Positions 16,828-23,766 of a DNA stretch of 25,449 bases are shown piece by piece. The stretch is from a virus (Duplodnaviria > Caudoviricetes), in IMG/VR virus record IMGVR_UViG_3300032266_000268, positions 1 to 25,449 of that record. One strand, 5' to 3'. The notes beneath the pieces were generated by a model. The model saw only the letters and a program-made list of their open reading frames with translations. It was not told where the DNA came from and made no database searches. Numbering within the stretch: the first letter of the stretch is position 1; every line of letters starts with the position of its first letter. The position numbers were made by a program, and so were the translations under genes.

Positions 16828-18369
16828 TTAATAATATGCAGCAGTTCTGCGGCGAAAAAGCGATAGCTCTTCCTTCTCGTCTGAATCCAACGCAATAAAC
16901 CCGCCTTGGCGGTACCTTAGAAGGGCTTGGGTGGTCGTATCCACGTAATCGTCATGTTCCCCAACGGGAAATGTCGCAACTTCTTCGATGACTTCGCGTG
17001 CCCAGCGCGTATCCGGTGCCCAGACCTTGTTGGAATGGAACAAATCCGACACAGCGTTCATCCGAACCATCTTGTCATTGCCGCGACTCGGGGAAAACTC
17101 CTGCACAGGTATGCCCATGCTGCGCAACTCTTGGATAAGCGGTGCGCCCGCTGCCTTTTTCTCCACAATGAAGGCATCTGGGTCCCACTCCTTCCAATGT
17201 TTGAATGCTGCCGACTTCAATTCTGGAAACGCCATGCGTTCCTTGAACGCATCAAGCAGAATTATCTGCGGCGAGTTGTTTTCTTCTTCATTATAGAAGA
17301 CGCCCCACGTAGTACAGGCGGAATAGTCCGAATTGTTCTTTGTCTCGAACGCCGTATCCCACGATTGAATGATGTATTCACATGTAGGCGGTTCATCACT
17401 AGGCCAAATGCGCCAATGTTTGCGTGAGACGACCGCTGAAGTGTCGGCTGTGGGCTGCTGCATGTACTGCGCATTCCAAAACCGGGGGTCCATGTTGGCT
17501 TTCTTGCTTTTTAGCTGGTCAAGCGGCCATTGCTCGGGCCAAAGCGACTTTTCTTGCTCCGAGTCTTCGTGCAAGATGGCCGGAAGCTCTACAATTTCCC
17601 ACTGATCAGCGTTGGGATTCTTGGTTTGATAGTCGATTAAGCGCCCAGTCAGGTCAATAAGTGACCACCGAGTCATAATTACTATGATCGCGCCGCCCGG
17701 CATCAGTCGCTGTAACGGCCCCTGCTGAAACCAACTCCACGCAGTATCAAAAGCAAGCCTAGAGTTAGCGCGTACGTCCTGCTCTGAGTGCGGATCGTCA
17801 ATAACAAACAAGTCTGCGCCTCGCCCCGCTAGCGCGCCCCCTACGCCTGCGGCGTAGTACTGGCCCCCCGCAGTAGTCGACCACTTCCCAGCGGCCTTCT
17901 GGTCCTCTGCTACGCCCGTCTGGGGGAAAATCTCAGCATACTCCTCGGAAGAGATCAAGTTTCGGATGCGCCGCCCGAAGTCTTCTGACAAACCCGCAGT
18001 GTGCGTACCCATGATGATCTTCTTCTCAGGATACTTGCCCAAAAAGTAAGCAGGGAACAGGTAGGACGAGAACTCAGACTTGCCCATACGCGGCGCGATA
18101 TTAATAATCACCCGCTTTTTATCACCGGCAAGAACTGCCTCAAAGATTTTAGCCAACTTCTTGTGGTGCGCGCCTACCTTAAAGCCCGGGTATACCGCAG
18201 TCGCAAACCCCAGCATGGAAGTTTTTGCCGCCCCTAGGCGCGCGCGATGCTCACGGACCTGTAGATCCTCAAACAACTCCATCTTGTCGGCAGTGGACAT
18301 GTGCGGCAGCGCTCTCTGAAGCGCCTGCAACTCCGCCTTGCTAAGCGTCGTGAAATTGTTGGGGTTCAT
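16828..18369 (-). CDS. terL: terminase large subunit, 513 aa
   Basis: Walker A APRMGKS, Walker B FVIDDP, coupling motif MTRW, RNase H-like nuclease SWDTA...DYSA...VEKKA...HDDYVD. Confidence 0.95.
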   Translation of the reverse strand: MNPNNFTTLSKAELQALQRALPHMSTADKMELFEDLQVREHRARLGAAKTSMLGFATAVYPGFKVGAHHKKLAKIFEAVLAGDKKRVIINIAPRMGKSEFSSYLFPAYFLGKYPEKKIIMGTHTAGLSEDFGRRIRNLISSEEYAEIFPQTGVAEDQKAAGKWSTTAGGQYYAAGVGGALAGRGADLFVIDDPHSEQDVRANSRLAFDTAWSWFQQGPLQRLMPGGAIIVIMTRWSLIDLTGRLIDYQTKNPNADQWEIVELPAILHEDSEQEKSLWPEQWPLDQLKSKKANMDPRFWNAQYMQQPTADTSAVVSRKHWRIWPSDEPPTCEYIIQSWDTAFETKNNSDYSACTTWGVFYNEEENNSPQIILLDAFKERMAFPELKSAAFKHWKEWDPDAFIVEKKAAGAPLIQELRSMGIPVQEFSPSRGNDKMVRMNAVSDLFHSNKVWAPDTRWAREVIEEVATFPVGEHDDYVDTTTQALLRYRQGGFIALDSDEKEELSLFRRRTAAYY

Positions 18370-18916
18370 GTACGTCTACAACATCAACAACCTGCATAAA
18401 GCGATTGAGCTTCTCTTTAATGCGCGTCTCCAACTCGGAGTCCGACATCTCGGTTTTCTTGATCTCAATCTTTTCGGTAAATAAGCCGACCTCAGTCACC
18501 TTGCCAAGAAGCGCTAAAGCCTTTAACCGGATGTTTGGGTTATTGCTTGTGGTCTCTTCAAGGATCTTGGCTACGGTGTAGCCGCGCAATTCTTTAGCTT
18601 GCTGTACAAACTCCCAGTCATAGGCTGTCAACATACCGGTTAGTTGGCGCACAGCCAGCGGTGTCTTCAACTCAACAAGCGCCTGCTTCTTCTTATCGTC
18701 GTCAGTTACCGTAACCATCGACTGAAACGCTTCGCGTGCGCTTGCCGTCTCTAACCCATCAATAATTTCTTCATCGGGCGACACCCCCAACTTCTCCAAC
18801 CAATCCGCAGTGGCGAACTGCGCCGAGAGCACTTCATTTGGCGTCGCCTTTGCAAGCGGCTTGAAGTCTCCGGTGTCTGCTACATCTGGCTCAAAGTTGA
18901 CGAGGTGGTTCAGCAT
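18341..18916 (-). CDS. putative terminase small subunit, 191 aa
   Basis: Overlaps the terL start; RLKALALLGK..EVGLFTEKIEI motif; start reassigned to ATG 18916. Confidence 0.7.
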   Translation of the reverse strand: MLNHLVNFEPDVADTGDFKPLAKATPNEVLSAQFATADWLEKLGVSPDEEIIDGLETASAREAFQSMVTVTDDDKKKQALVELKTPLAVRQLTGMLTAYDWEFVQQAKELRGYTVAKILEETTSNNPNIRLKALALLGKVTEVGLFTEKIEIKKTEMSDSELETRIKEKLNRFMQVVDVVDVHEPQQFHDA

Positions 18917-18923
18917 GCCTGCA

Positions 18924-18953
18924 ACTGTACACATAAACAGCGGGAATATGCAA
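18924..18953 (-). promoter_or_regulatory. candidate sigma-70 promoter of the late operon
   Basis: TTGCAT-N18-TACAGT, with the -10 ending 7 nt before the ATG at 18916. Confidence 0.35.
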
Positions 18954-19114
18954 GTGTGTGGCGTTAGACAAAGGTTTTTCTAAATTTTTGTAGTAGTGGG
19001 ATGGGGGCGCGTTTTGCTTTGGTAGGGGGGTGTTTTCTGTATGAGGTTTTACAAAGTGGGTGGAGCGGGTGAGAAACAGTGTTCGTGGCGGCGCGTGCCA
19101 CGCCATCGTATAGA

Positions 19115-19136
19115 GGGGGGTGGGGGGTGGGTGGGG
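19115..19136 (+). other. G-quadruplex-forming tract
   Basis: GGGGGG-T-GGGGGG-T-GGG-T-GGGG. Confidence 0.6.
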
Positions 19137-19216
19137 TCGGCAGGATTTGCCGCGGAGCGGGCGGGGCAGCACAGGGCGGCATCGGATGCCGGCGCAGCAC
19201 AGGGCGAGAACAGGGC

Positions 19217-19297
19217 GAACATGGCCGGCTGCGCCGGCATCGGGAACATGGCCGGCTTTGCCGGCATCGGAAGCATGGCCGGCTTCGCCGGCGGATC
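19217..19297 (+). repeat. 3 x 27-bp tandem repeat, each unit containing GCCGGC-N3-GCCGGC
   Basis: gaacatgGCCGGCtgcGCCGGCatcgg / gaacatgGCCGGCtttGCCGGCatcgg / aagcatgGCCGGCttcGCCGGCggatc. Confidence 0.9.
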
Positions 19298-19416
19298 AAT
19301 TGGGTACACGGCAAAGATTGCCGCCCCGTGCATTAATTGCCGGTAATGATTGCCGGTGTCGTGGTGTCAAACGCACGGCCTCACGTGTTTATGCGGGTTT
19401 CCGGGCATGGTTTCGC

Positions 19417-19432
19417 TGGCATGGTTAGTGCA
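19417..19432 (+). promoter_or_regulatory. sigma-54 (RpoN) -24/-12 promoter
   Basis: TGGCATGGTTAGTGCA against consensus TGGCACG-N4-TTGCW, with exact GG-N10-GC spacing; predicted +1 near 19443, about 40 nt before the first RBS-led ATG. Confidence 0.7.
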
Positions 19433-19481
19433 TTAGGTTATGTGCGGCAAGTCTCGCCGTGGTTTTAATTGGAGTCAAACG

Positions 19482-19700
19482 ATGGAAACGAAAGATTACT
19501 CGGTAACTGTTCAAGACAATCGGGGACGCATCGCCGTGCTGGCAATCAACGGCGCAAGTGTCGACGAATGCGTAGCGACTGGCTTATCACTGGCTGAAGT
19601 CTGCGAACAACTCGAAACCAATGCGTTCTGGCGCGCCGTGCGCGAGGGAGAAATAAACGCGCGCGCCGTACTAATCGATTCAGAAAATCGGCCAATCTAA
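19482..19700 (+). CDS. hypothetical protein, 72 aa (first gene of the putative early cassette)
   Basis: GGAG at 19471-19474; ATG 19482 (METKDYSVTVQ...). Confidence 0.7.
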   Translation: METKDYSVTVQDNRGRIAVLAINGASVDECVATGLSLAEVCEQLETNAFWRAVREGEINARAVLIDSENRPI

Positions 19701-19717
19701 GAGTAACCAACCCAACC

Positions 19718-19736
19718 CGGGCGGCAACGCCGCCCG
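19718..19736 (+). other. intergenic GC hairpin
   Basis: CGGGCGGC-aac-GCCGCCCG, with no U tract. Confidence 0.55.
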
Positions 19737-19757
19737 CACTAACCCGGAGAATCGACA

Positions 19758-19964
19758 ATGAAAGAAATCAAGCACGCAATCCGCCGCGCGATTCGCCGCG
19801 CAATCAGCCCCTATCGGGTTGTAATCATAGACGCGGACGGAGACCGCTACGTACATAGGGCACGCACCACGCGCGAAGCGCGCGGATGGCTGGGATGCTA
19901 TCGGTCCGGCATCGGCATTATTTACACTCGGTCCGGCAAAATTGCCGCCGTTCGCATTGCGTAA
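19758..19964 (+). CDS. small Arg-rich hypothetical protein, 68 aa
   Basis: GGAG RBS within TAACCCGGAGAA; fills the gap between neighbours. Confidence 0.7.
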   Translation: MKEIKHAIRRAIRRAISPYRVVIIDADGDRYVHRARTTREARGWLGCYRSGIGIIYTRSGKIAAVRIA

Positions 19965-19979
19965 CCCGGAGAACCAATC

Positions 19980-20213
19980 ATGACGCATCGCCCACTGACT
20001 GACATCGCCCGCGAGATCAATGAAGATTGGAAACGCCCACATTTTGCCGCCGTGCCGTACCTAAACGCGCTGGCAGGCATGCATTCAATCCATGATCGGT
20101 TTGGACACGACGACGCGCGCGGCATCGTTTTGTATTTTTTGAGTAATGCCGGATCGTGGCGCGGGCCGGTGGCCAAACGGATCAAGGCCGAATTAAAGGC
20201 CGCGCTTAAGTAA
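19980..20213 (+). CDS. conserved helical phage hypothetical protein, 77 aa
   Basis: GGAG RBS; RPL..IAREI..DW....FAAVPYL.A...VLYFLSNA.SWRG..AKRIKAELK pattern recognised as a widespread phage family. Confidence 0.8.
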   Translation: MTHRPLTDIAREINEDWKRPHFAAVPYLNALAGMHSIHDRFGHDDARGIVLYFLSNAGSWRGPVAKRIKAELKAALK

Positions 20214-20219
20214 ACCCAC

Positions 20220-20293
20220 GCCGCCCACTAGTGGGCGGCACACCATAGCGTCGGATAGTCCGGGGCTATGGTGTGCCGATGTTGGCATTTTTT
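20220..20293 (+). other. overlapping palindrome and long-hairpin cluster (processing or attenuation candidate)
   Basis: Perfect 20-bp palindrome 20220-20239; perfect 14-bp arms 20236-20249/20265-20278; short stem 20274-20287 followed by T6. Confidence 0.65.
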
Positions 20294-20307
20294 CAGGAGT
20301 CGAGACA

Positions 20308-21036
20308 ATGAAAGACCCGACCGGGTACGTTTTTTATGAGGGCCGCTCGCCGATTGACGGCGCGCCCATTGTAGGCGTCGCAGTCATCCATTCAGGCAAT
20401 GGGAAAACAGGGGATATGGTGCAAACCTATATCCTACGGTCCGACGTTCATCCGTCCGAAGCAATTGCCAGCGGCGCGGACCGTTCTATATGCGGGGATT
20501 GTCGGCACCGTCGCGACCCACTAACAGGCAAGCGCACATGCTACGTGACCCACTTCGGCATTGGTAGCGTTTATCGCGCGCTTAAGGCCGGTTTGTACCC
20601 TAGGGTATCGCCCGCACAATTGCGCCGCATTATTGCTGGGCGCATGGTAAGACTAGGCGCCTATGGTGATCCGGCGATGATCCGCGCCAGAGTGTGGCAA
20701 TCGATCCTCAAACTAGCCGCCGGTCATACGGGTTACTCGCACCAATGGCGCGCCGGGTTCGCTCAGGATATCGCCAGCCTATGCATGGCCAGCGTGGACA
20801 ACCCGGAAGAACTGCTAGACGCCCGCGCGGGCGGATGGCGGACCTTTAGGATTCGATTGGAAACGAACGACCCGCTAGCCGCTGGGGAATTTGAGTGTCC
20901 GGCATCGGATGAAGCCGGGAAACGCTTGCAATGCATCGAATGCGGCGCATGCGACGGCGCCGGCCAAAACACCAAACGCGCGTCGCCCGCAATCATTGTT
21001 CACGGCACACAATCGCGACACTTTACGGGGGTTTGA
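20308..21036 (+). CDS. Cys-rich conserved phage protein, 242 aa (possibly gp88/DUF7227-related, metal or Fe-S binding)
   Basis: AGGAG RBS; N.KTG, C-x2-C-x12-C, RLGAYGDP, GYSHQW, MASVD, C-x11-C-x2-C-x2-C motifs. Confidence 0.75.
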   Translation: MKDPTGYVFYEGRSPIDGAPIVGVAVIHSGNGKTGDMVQTYILRSDVHPSEAIASGADRSICGDCRHRRDPLTGKRTCYVTHFGIGSVYRALKAGLYPRVSPAQLRRIIAGRMVRLGAYGDPAMIRARVWQSILKLAAGHTGYSHQWRAGFAQDIASLCMASVDNPEELLDARAGGWRTFRIRLETNDPLAAGEFECPASDEAGKRLQCIECGACDGAGQNTKRASPAIIVHGTQSRHFTGV

Positions 21037-21038
21037 TC

Positions 21039-21242
21039 GTGAATCACATTCTCAAATTGCAAACCGAAAACGCCGGCGCAAACCAACGCATCATCGGACT
21101 AATCGAGCGTATCCACGAATTCCGCGCGCACATTCAATCAAGCAAATTCGGGCCGCAATCCGACGGCACGCGTGGCGATTGGATAAGCACCGACGACGTT
21201 AACCGTTGGCTGCGTTACATTGAAAACGGGACCAACGAATGA
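21039..21242 (+). CDS. hypothetical protein, 67 aa
   Basis: GTG at 21039, 2 nt after the previous stop, with GGGGGT upstream; reassigned from the 20931 ORF. Confidence 0.65.
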   Translation: MNHILKLQTENAGANQRIIGLIERIHEFRAHIQSSKFGPQSDGTRGDWISTDDVNRWLRYIENGTNE

Positions 21243-21400
21243 AACTTCATCCAACGCATGCCCAAGCCGCCACATTGGCGGCGCAATTGCAACGCGACGA
21301 TCCAGACTGGCAATACAGGGCAGTGCGCGCGCCCACGGCGCGCATGGCCTACGTCGTCGAGGTTCGCGACGAACGGGGGGTTCACCTCGGGTACCTTTAG
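21239..21400 (+). CDS. 53-aa hypothetical protein (absent from ORF track)
   Basis: ATGA overlap with the previous stop; MKLHPTHAQAATLAAQLQRDDPDWQYRAVRAPTARMAYVVEVRDERGVHLGYL; ends just before the terminator. Confidence 0.7.
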   Translation: MKLHPTHAQAATLAAQLQRDDPDWQYRAVRAPTARMAYVVEVRDERGVHLGYL

Positions 21401-21433
21401 CGCCCAAGCCGGCCGATGGCCGGCGCATTCTCC

Positions 21434-21454
21434 GCCCCTTCGGGGGCTTTTTTT
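21434..21454 (+). terminator. Rho-independent terminator closing the small-gene cassette
   Basis: GCCCC-UUCG-GGGGC followed by U7; preceded by GCCGGCC-gat-GGCCGGC hairpin (21408-21424). Confidence 0.88.
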
Positions 21455-21467
21455 GTGCCTGTCGCAT

Positions 21468-21570
21468 CGGCAATATTTGCCGCCCCATAGGGGCGACCGT
21501 GGGGGTTGCAGGCGCGTTCGTAGTTTAGTGACCGGCAATTATTGCCGACCGTAGGGGTTGCAGGCGCGTT
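21468..21570. repeat. two CGGCAA-N3-TTGCCG palindromes, each followed by a copy of a 25-bp direct repeat
   Basis: Palindromes at 21468-21482 and 21533-21547; CGACCGT(G/A)GGGGTTGCAGGCGCGTT at 21494-21518 and 21546-21570. Confidence 0.85.
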
Positions 21571-21639
21571 AAGCTGTAAAAGATTAGACTCCCGTTGCTA
21601 AAAAACAACAGTCTAAATTTATCCCGATTTGTCCGCACC

Positions 21640-21955
21640 CCCGGACGCTCTGTAACCCGCGTCAATCCTAGCGTCCAATGTCAAAGTCCGGCGAATACCT
21701 ACATATATATCTATATCTATATCTTATATATTAATACACCTACGTGGACGCGCGGACGCTGCCGCTCTTTCCCTTCCTCCCTTTTTCATCCGCGCGATTT
21801 TCGTAGGTATGTACGGGCCTTGAACCTTGAAACCTAGGCCACACAAGGGTTTGCCAGCGTCCGTATCAAAAAACATTTAGCGACATAAGAAAACGTACCC
21901 CAAGGAGTACACCCCTGAAACCTAGGCCCCATAAGGGTTTGCCAGCGTCCAATGT
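21640..21955. other. putative replication origin region
   Basis: AT-rich (TA)n/TATATC tract at about 21700-21736; six GGACGC/GCGTCC hexamers; 35-bp direct repeat; lies upstream of the replication genes. Confidence 0.45.
21828..21950 (+). repeat. 35-bp direct repeat, two copies (33/35 identical)
   Basis: TGAAACCTAGGCC(ACAC/CCAT)AAGGGTTTGCCAGCGTCC at 21828-21862 and 21916-21950. Confidence 0.9.
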
Positions 21956-21991
21956 TTTTTGCTATTATTTAGCTTTTCAGGAGTTTCAGCC

Positions 21992-22609
21992 ATGACCCAC
22001 GCAGTTCACTGCCCCAAATGCAACAGAATCCTTCCCCCGCACCTCTTCCACTATCTAATTTCGCGCAACCAAGCTATTGCCAGAGGCTACTCTGGCGCTC
22101 ACCCCATCCGTTTCCACTCTAAGTACTGCAAAGACTGTAGGCACCCAGCCGAGCGTAAACTGTCAAAGCAAACCACTGCCGAGCTAAACAACCTAGTCGA
22201 GACAGGGGACATCAGCCCGGGACACGCTCAACGACTCATCGAACAGAAAGTCAAACGCAAGTCCAAGGCGTGCAGCGAAGCATCAAAGAGAAGGTGGGAG
22301 CGCCCAAGCACACAGGCATGGAATGACTGGTTGTCTTATCTTAGACACGAGATAGACCTGACCAAGCGACAGCGGCGCTACGCTACGAAGATCGGAGACC
22401 CCAACACCATCGAGTTCTGCGACGCTGCTATCGTCTTGCTTCAAGTGATGGTAGACAGACTGAAGACCCGCGAGTTCCTCAAAGAGACGCTCGCACCCGG
22501 CGAGAACCCGCTCCAGTGGCCAGAACCTGAGCGCTCAGACGTAGCGAAACTGTGGGCAAACATCGTGCCGTCCATCACAAAACCACCAAGATCGCCAATA
22601 TTTTTGTAA
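21992..22609 (+). CDS. basic hypothetical protein with N-terminal zinc finger, 205 aa
   Basis: AGGAG RBS before ATG 21992; CPKC...CKDC. Confidence 0.75.
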   Translation: MTHAVHCPKCNRILPPHLFHYLISRNQAIARGYSGAHPIRFHSKYCKDCRHPAERKLSKQTTAELNNLVETGDISPGHAQRLIEQKVKRKSKACSEASKRRWERPSTQAWNDWLSYLRHEIDLTKRQRRYATKIGDPNTIEFCDAAIVLLQVMVDRLKTREFLKETLAPGENPLQWPEPERSDVAKLWANIVPSITKPPRSPIFL

Positions 22610-22614
22610 AACGC

Positions 22615-22643
22615 TTGACAGATCAAAGCAGCCAAATTAACCT
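22615..22643 (+). promoter_or_regulatory. sigma-70 promoter for the replication genes
   Basis: TTGACA-N17-TAACCT in the intergenic gap. Confidence 0.6.
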
Positions 22644-22675
22644 ACAGTCTCAATCAACCAAACAAGGGCACGCCC

Positions 22676-22936
22676 ATGATCTACGCACACACAACGCCAC
22701 CAAAGCCACAGATGAACGACCCAGTCAACAAGCCAGCGCACTACACATTCGGCTACTACGAAGTCATCGAGGTACTACAAGACTGGTTCCCCAAGAACCC
22801 GTTGCTATGGCAGGTGGGTAAATACATAGCTCGCGCTGACCACAAAGGCAAGCCATTGGAAGACCTACGCAAGGCACGCTACTACCTACAACGCGAGATC
22901 GACAGGTTAGAAGACCTGTCGGAGAATCAGAAATGA
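22676..22936 (+). CDS. DUF3310 (SaV-like / T7 gp1.7-like) protein
   Basis: DPVNKPAHY...EVIE...KYI.RADHKG..LEDLRKARYYL.REI; alternative start at 22712. Confidence 0.85.
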   Translation: MIYAHTTPPKPQMNDPVNKPAHYTFGYYEVIEVLQDWFPKNPLLWQVGKYIARADHKGKPLEDLRKARYYLQREIDRLEDLSENQK

Positions 22937-23211
22937 AGCAAACTCAAGCAACCCTGAACAGAATCCAAGACGCCTACGACAACCGCATGCCGCCCGAGTA
23001 CTGGATGGATGACCTAGAAGACACGCCAGACAGCCTAATAGAGAACTTCGTAACCTATGAAAACGCCAAGCAGGCGTTCAGTAACTACGCAGACTTGCCG
23101 GCCATACGCGCATACGTGGCGAAGCTGTTGGACAACCCGGACCCGGATTCGTGGGCTGTTGAGTTCGTGACTGAAGAACTGTCGTTGCTGTACTACGACC
23201 AAATGAGATAG
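22933..23211 (+). CDS. acidic hypothetical protein, 92 aa
   Basis: GGAG RBS; ATGA overlap with the previous gene. Confidence 0.7.
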   Translation: MKQTQATLNRIQDAYDNRMPPEYWMDDLEDTPDSLIENFVTYENAKQAFSNYADLPAIRAYVAKLLDNPDPDSWAVEFVTEELSLLYYDQMR

Positions 23212-23224
23212 GGGCTATACCCAT

Positions 23225-23524
23225 ATGGGACTAAAACCTGAAGCGCTGGTCAAGAAAAAGATCCGCGCCATCCTCGACGGGTTCAGTGCTTATTACACGA
23301 TGCCTATCGGCACGGGGTATGGGAACTCAGGGGTGCCGGACTTCCTTGTGTGCTGTAACGGGCGCTTCATCGGCATCGAGGCCAAGGCAGGAACGAACAA
23401 ACCAACAGCGCTGCAACAGCACAACATCGACCGAATATTTGACGCAGGCGGCTACGCGCTCGTGATCAACGAAGACAACCTACACGTACTTACGGAGCTA
23501 TTGGAATGGACGATGAAGAAGTAA
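23225..23524 (+). CDS. VRR-NUC (PD-(D/E)xK) nuclease, likely Holliday-junction resolvase, 99 aa
   Basis: PE..VK, GVPDF..C..GRFIGIEAKAG..KPTALQ, GG.A.VINE. Confidence 0.88.
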   Translation: MGLKPEALVKKKIRAILDGFSAYYTMPIGTGYGNSGVPDFLVCCNGRFIGIEAKAGTNKPTALQQHNIDRIFDAGGYALVINEDNLHVLTELLEWTMKK

Positions 23525-23766
23525 AAATTAATAAAGCGAAGCAGCTTATGGAGCTAAGCGAGTGTGTCGCGCGGTGCATGGAGGACAGCCCCAAGGGGCA
23601 CGGAATCTTTCTATACACACACGATGACGTTGAGTATATGACGGTCTTAACTTTTAACGCGGGGCCAGACAAGGTCTACGGACTAATACGCAGTGCCAAC
23701 ACGCTAATAACCAACGTGATCAATGCCGCCACGGCGGATGCGCCACCAAGAGAGCAATACAATTGA
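23506..23766 (+). CDS. hypothetical protein, 86 aa
   Basis: GGAG upstream; stop overlaps the polymerase TTG start. Confidence 0.7.
   Translation: MDDEEVKINKAKQLMELSECVARCMEDSPKGHGIFLYTHDDVEYMTVLTFNAGPDKVYGLIRSANTLITNVINAATADAPPREQYN

Larger units (their letters stand above)
19138..19459. promoter_or_regulatory. cluster of five 15-bp palindromic sites CGG(C/T)-N7-GCCG
   Basis: 19138 CGGCAGgatTTGCCG; 19177 CGGCATcggATGCCG; 19309 CGGCAAagaTTGCCG; 19341 CGGTAAtgaTTGCCG; 19445 CGGCAAgtcTCGCCG. Confidence 0.75.

Noticed and set aside
19085-19100. Minus-strand TGGCACG as a sigma-54 promoter for the late operon
   Set aside because: The -24 element is perfect but there is no GC at the -12 position
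19217-19297. 27-bp repeats as a CRISPR array
   Set aside because: Units are head-to-tail with no unique spacers, and no cas genes are present
19403-19417. Second sigma-54-like element GGGCATGGTTTCGCT
   Set aside because: GG-to-GC spacing from the GGCA core is one base short; probably a partial duplication of the adjacent promoter
18891-19428. Several overlapping ORFs on both strands (93-116 aa)
   Set aside because: They translate G tracts and 27-bp repeats, lack clear RBSs and conflict with each other; the region is better explained as regulatory
19934-19947. CGGCAA-AA-TTGCCG as an eighth palindromic site
   Set aside because: The spacer is 2 nt rather than 3 and it lies inside a CDS, so it was not counted
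21138-21837. ORFs 21138-21488, 21215-21538, 21220-21528, 21258-21554 and 21595-21837
   Set aside because: They cross the terminator, repeats or AT tract; the coupled 53-aa ORF at 21239-21400 explains the coding part better
21828-21950. 35-bp repeats as att sites or IS ends
   Set aside because: They are only 88 bp apart, and no integrase or transposase is present in the window
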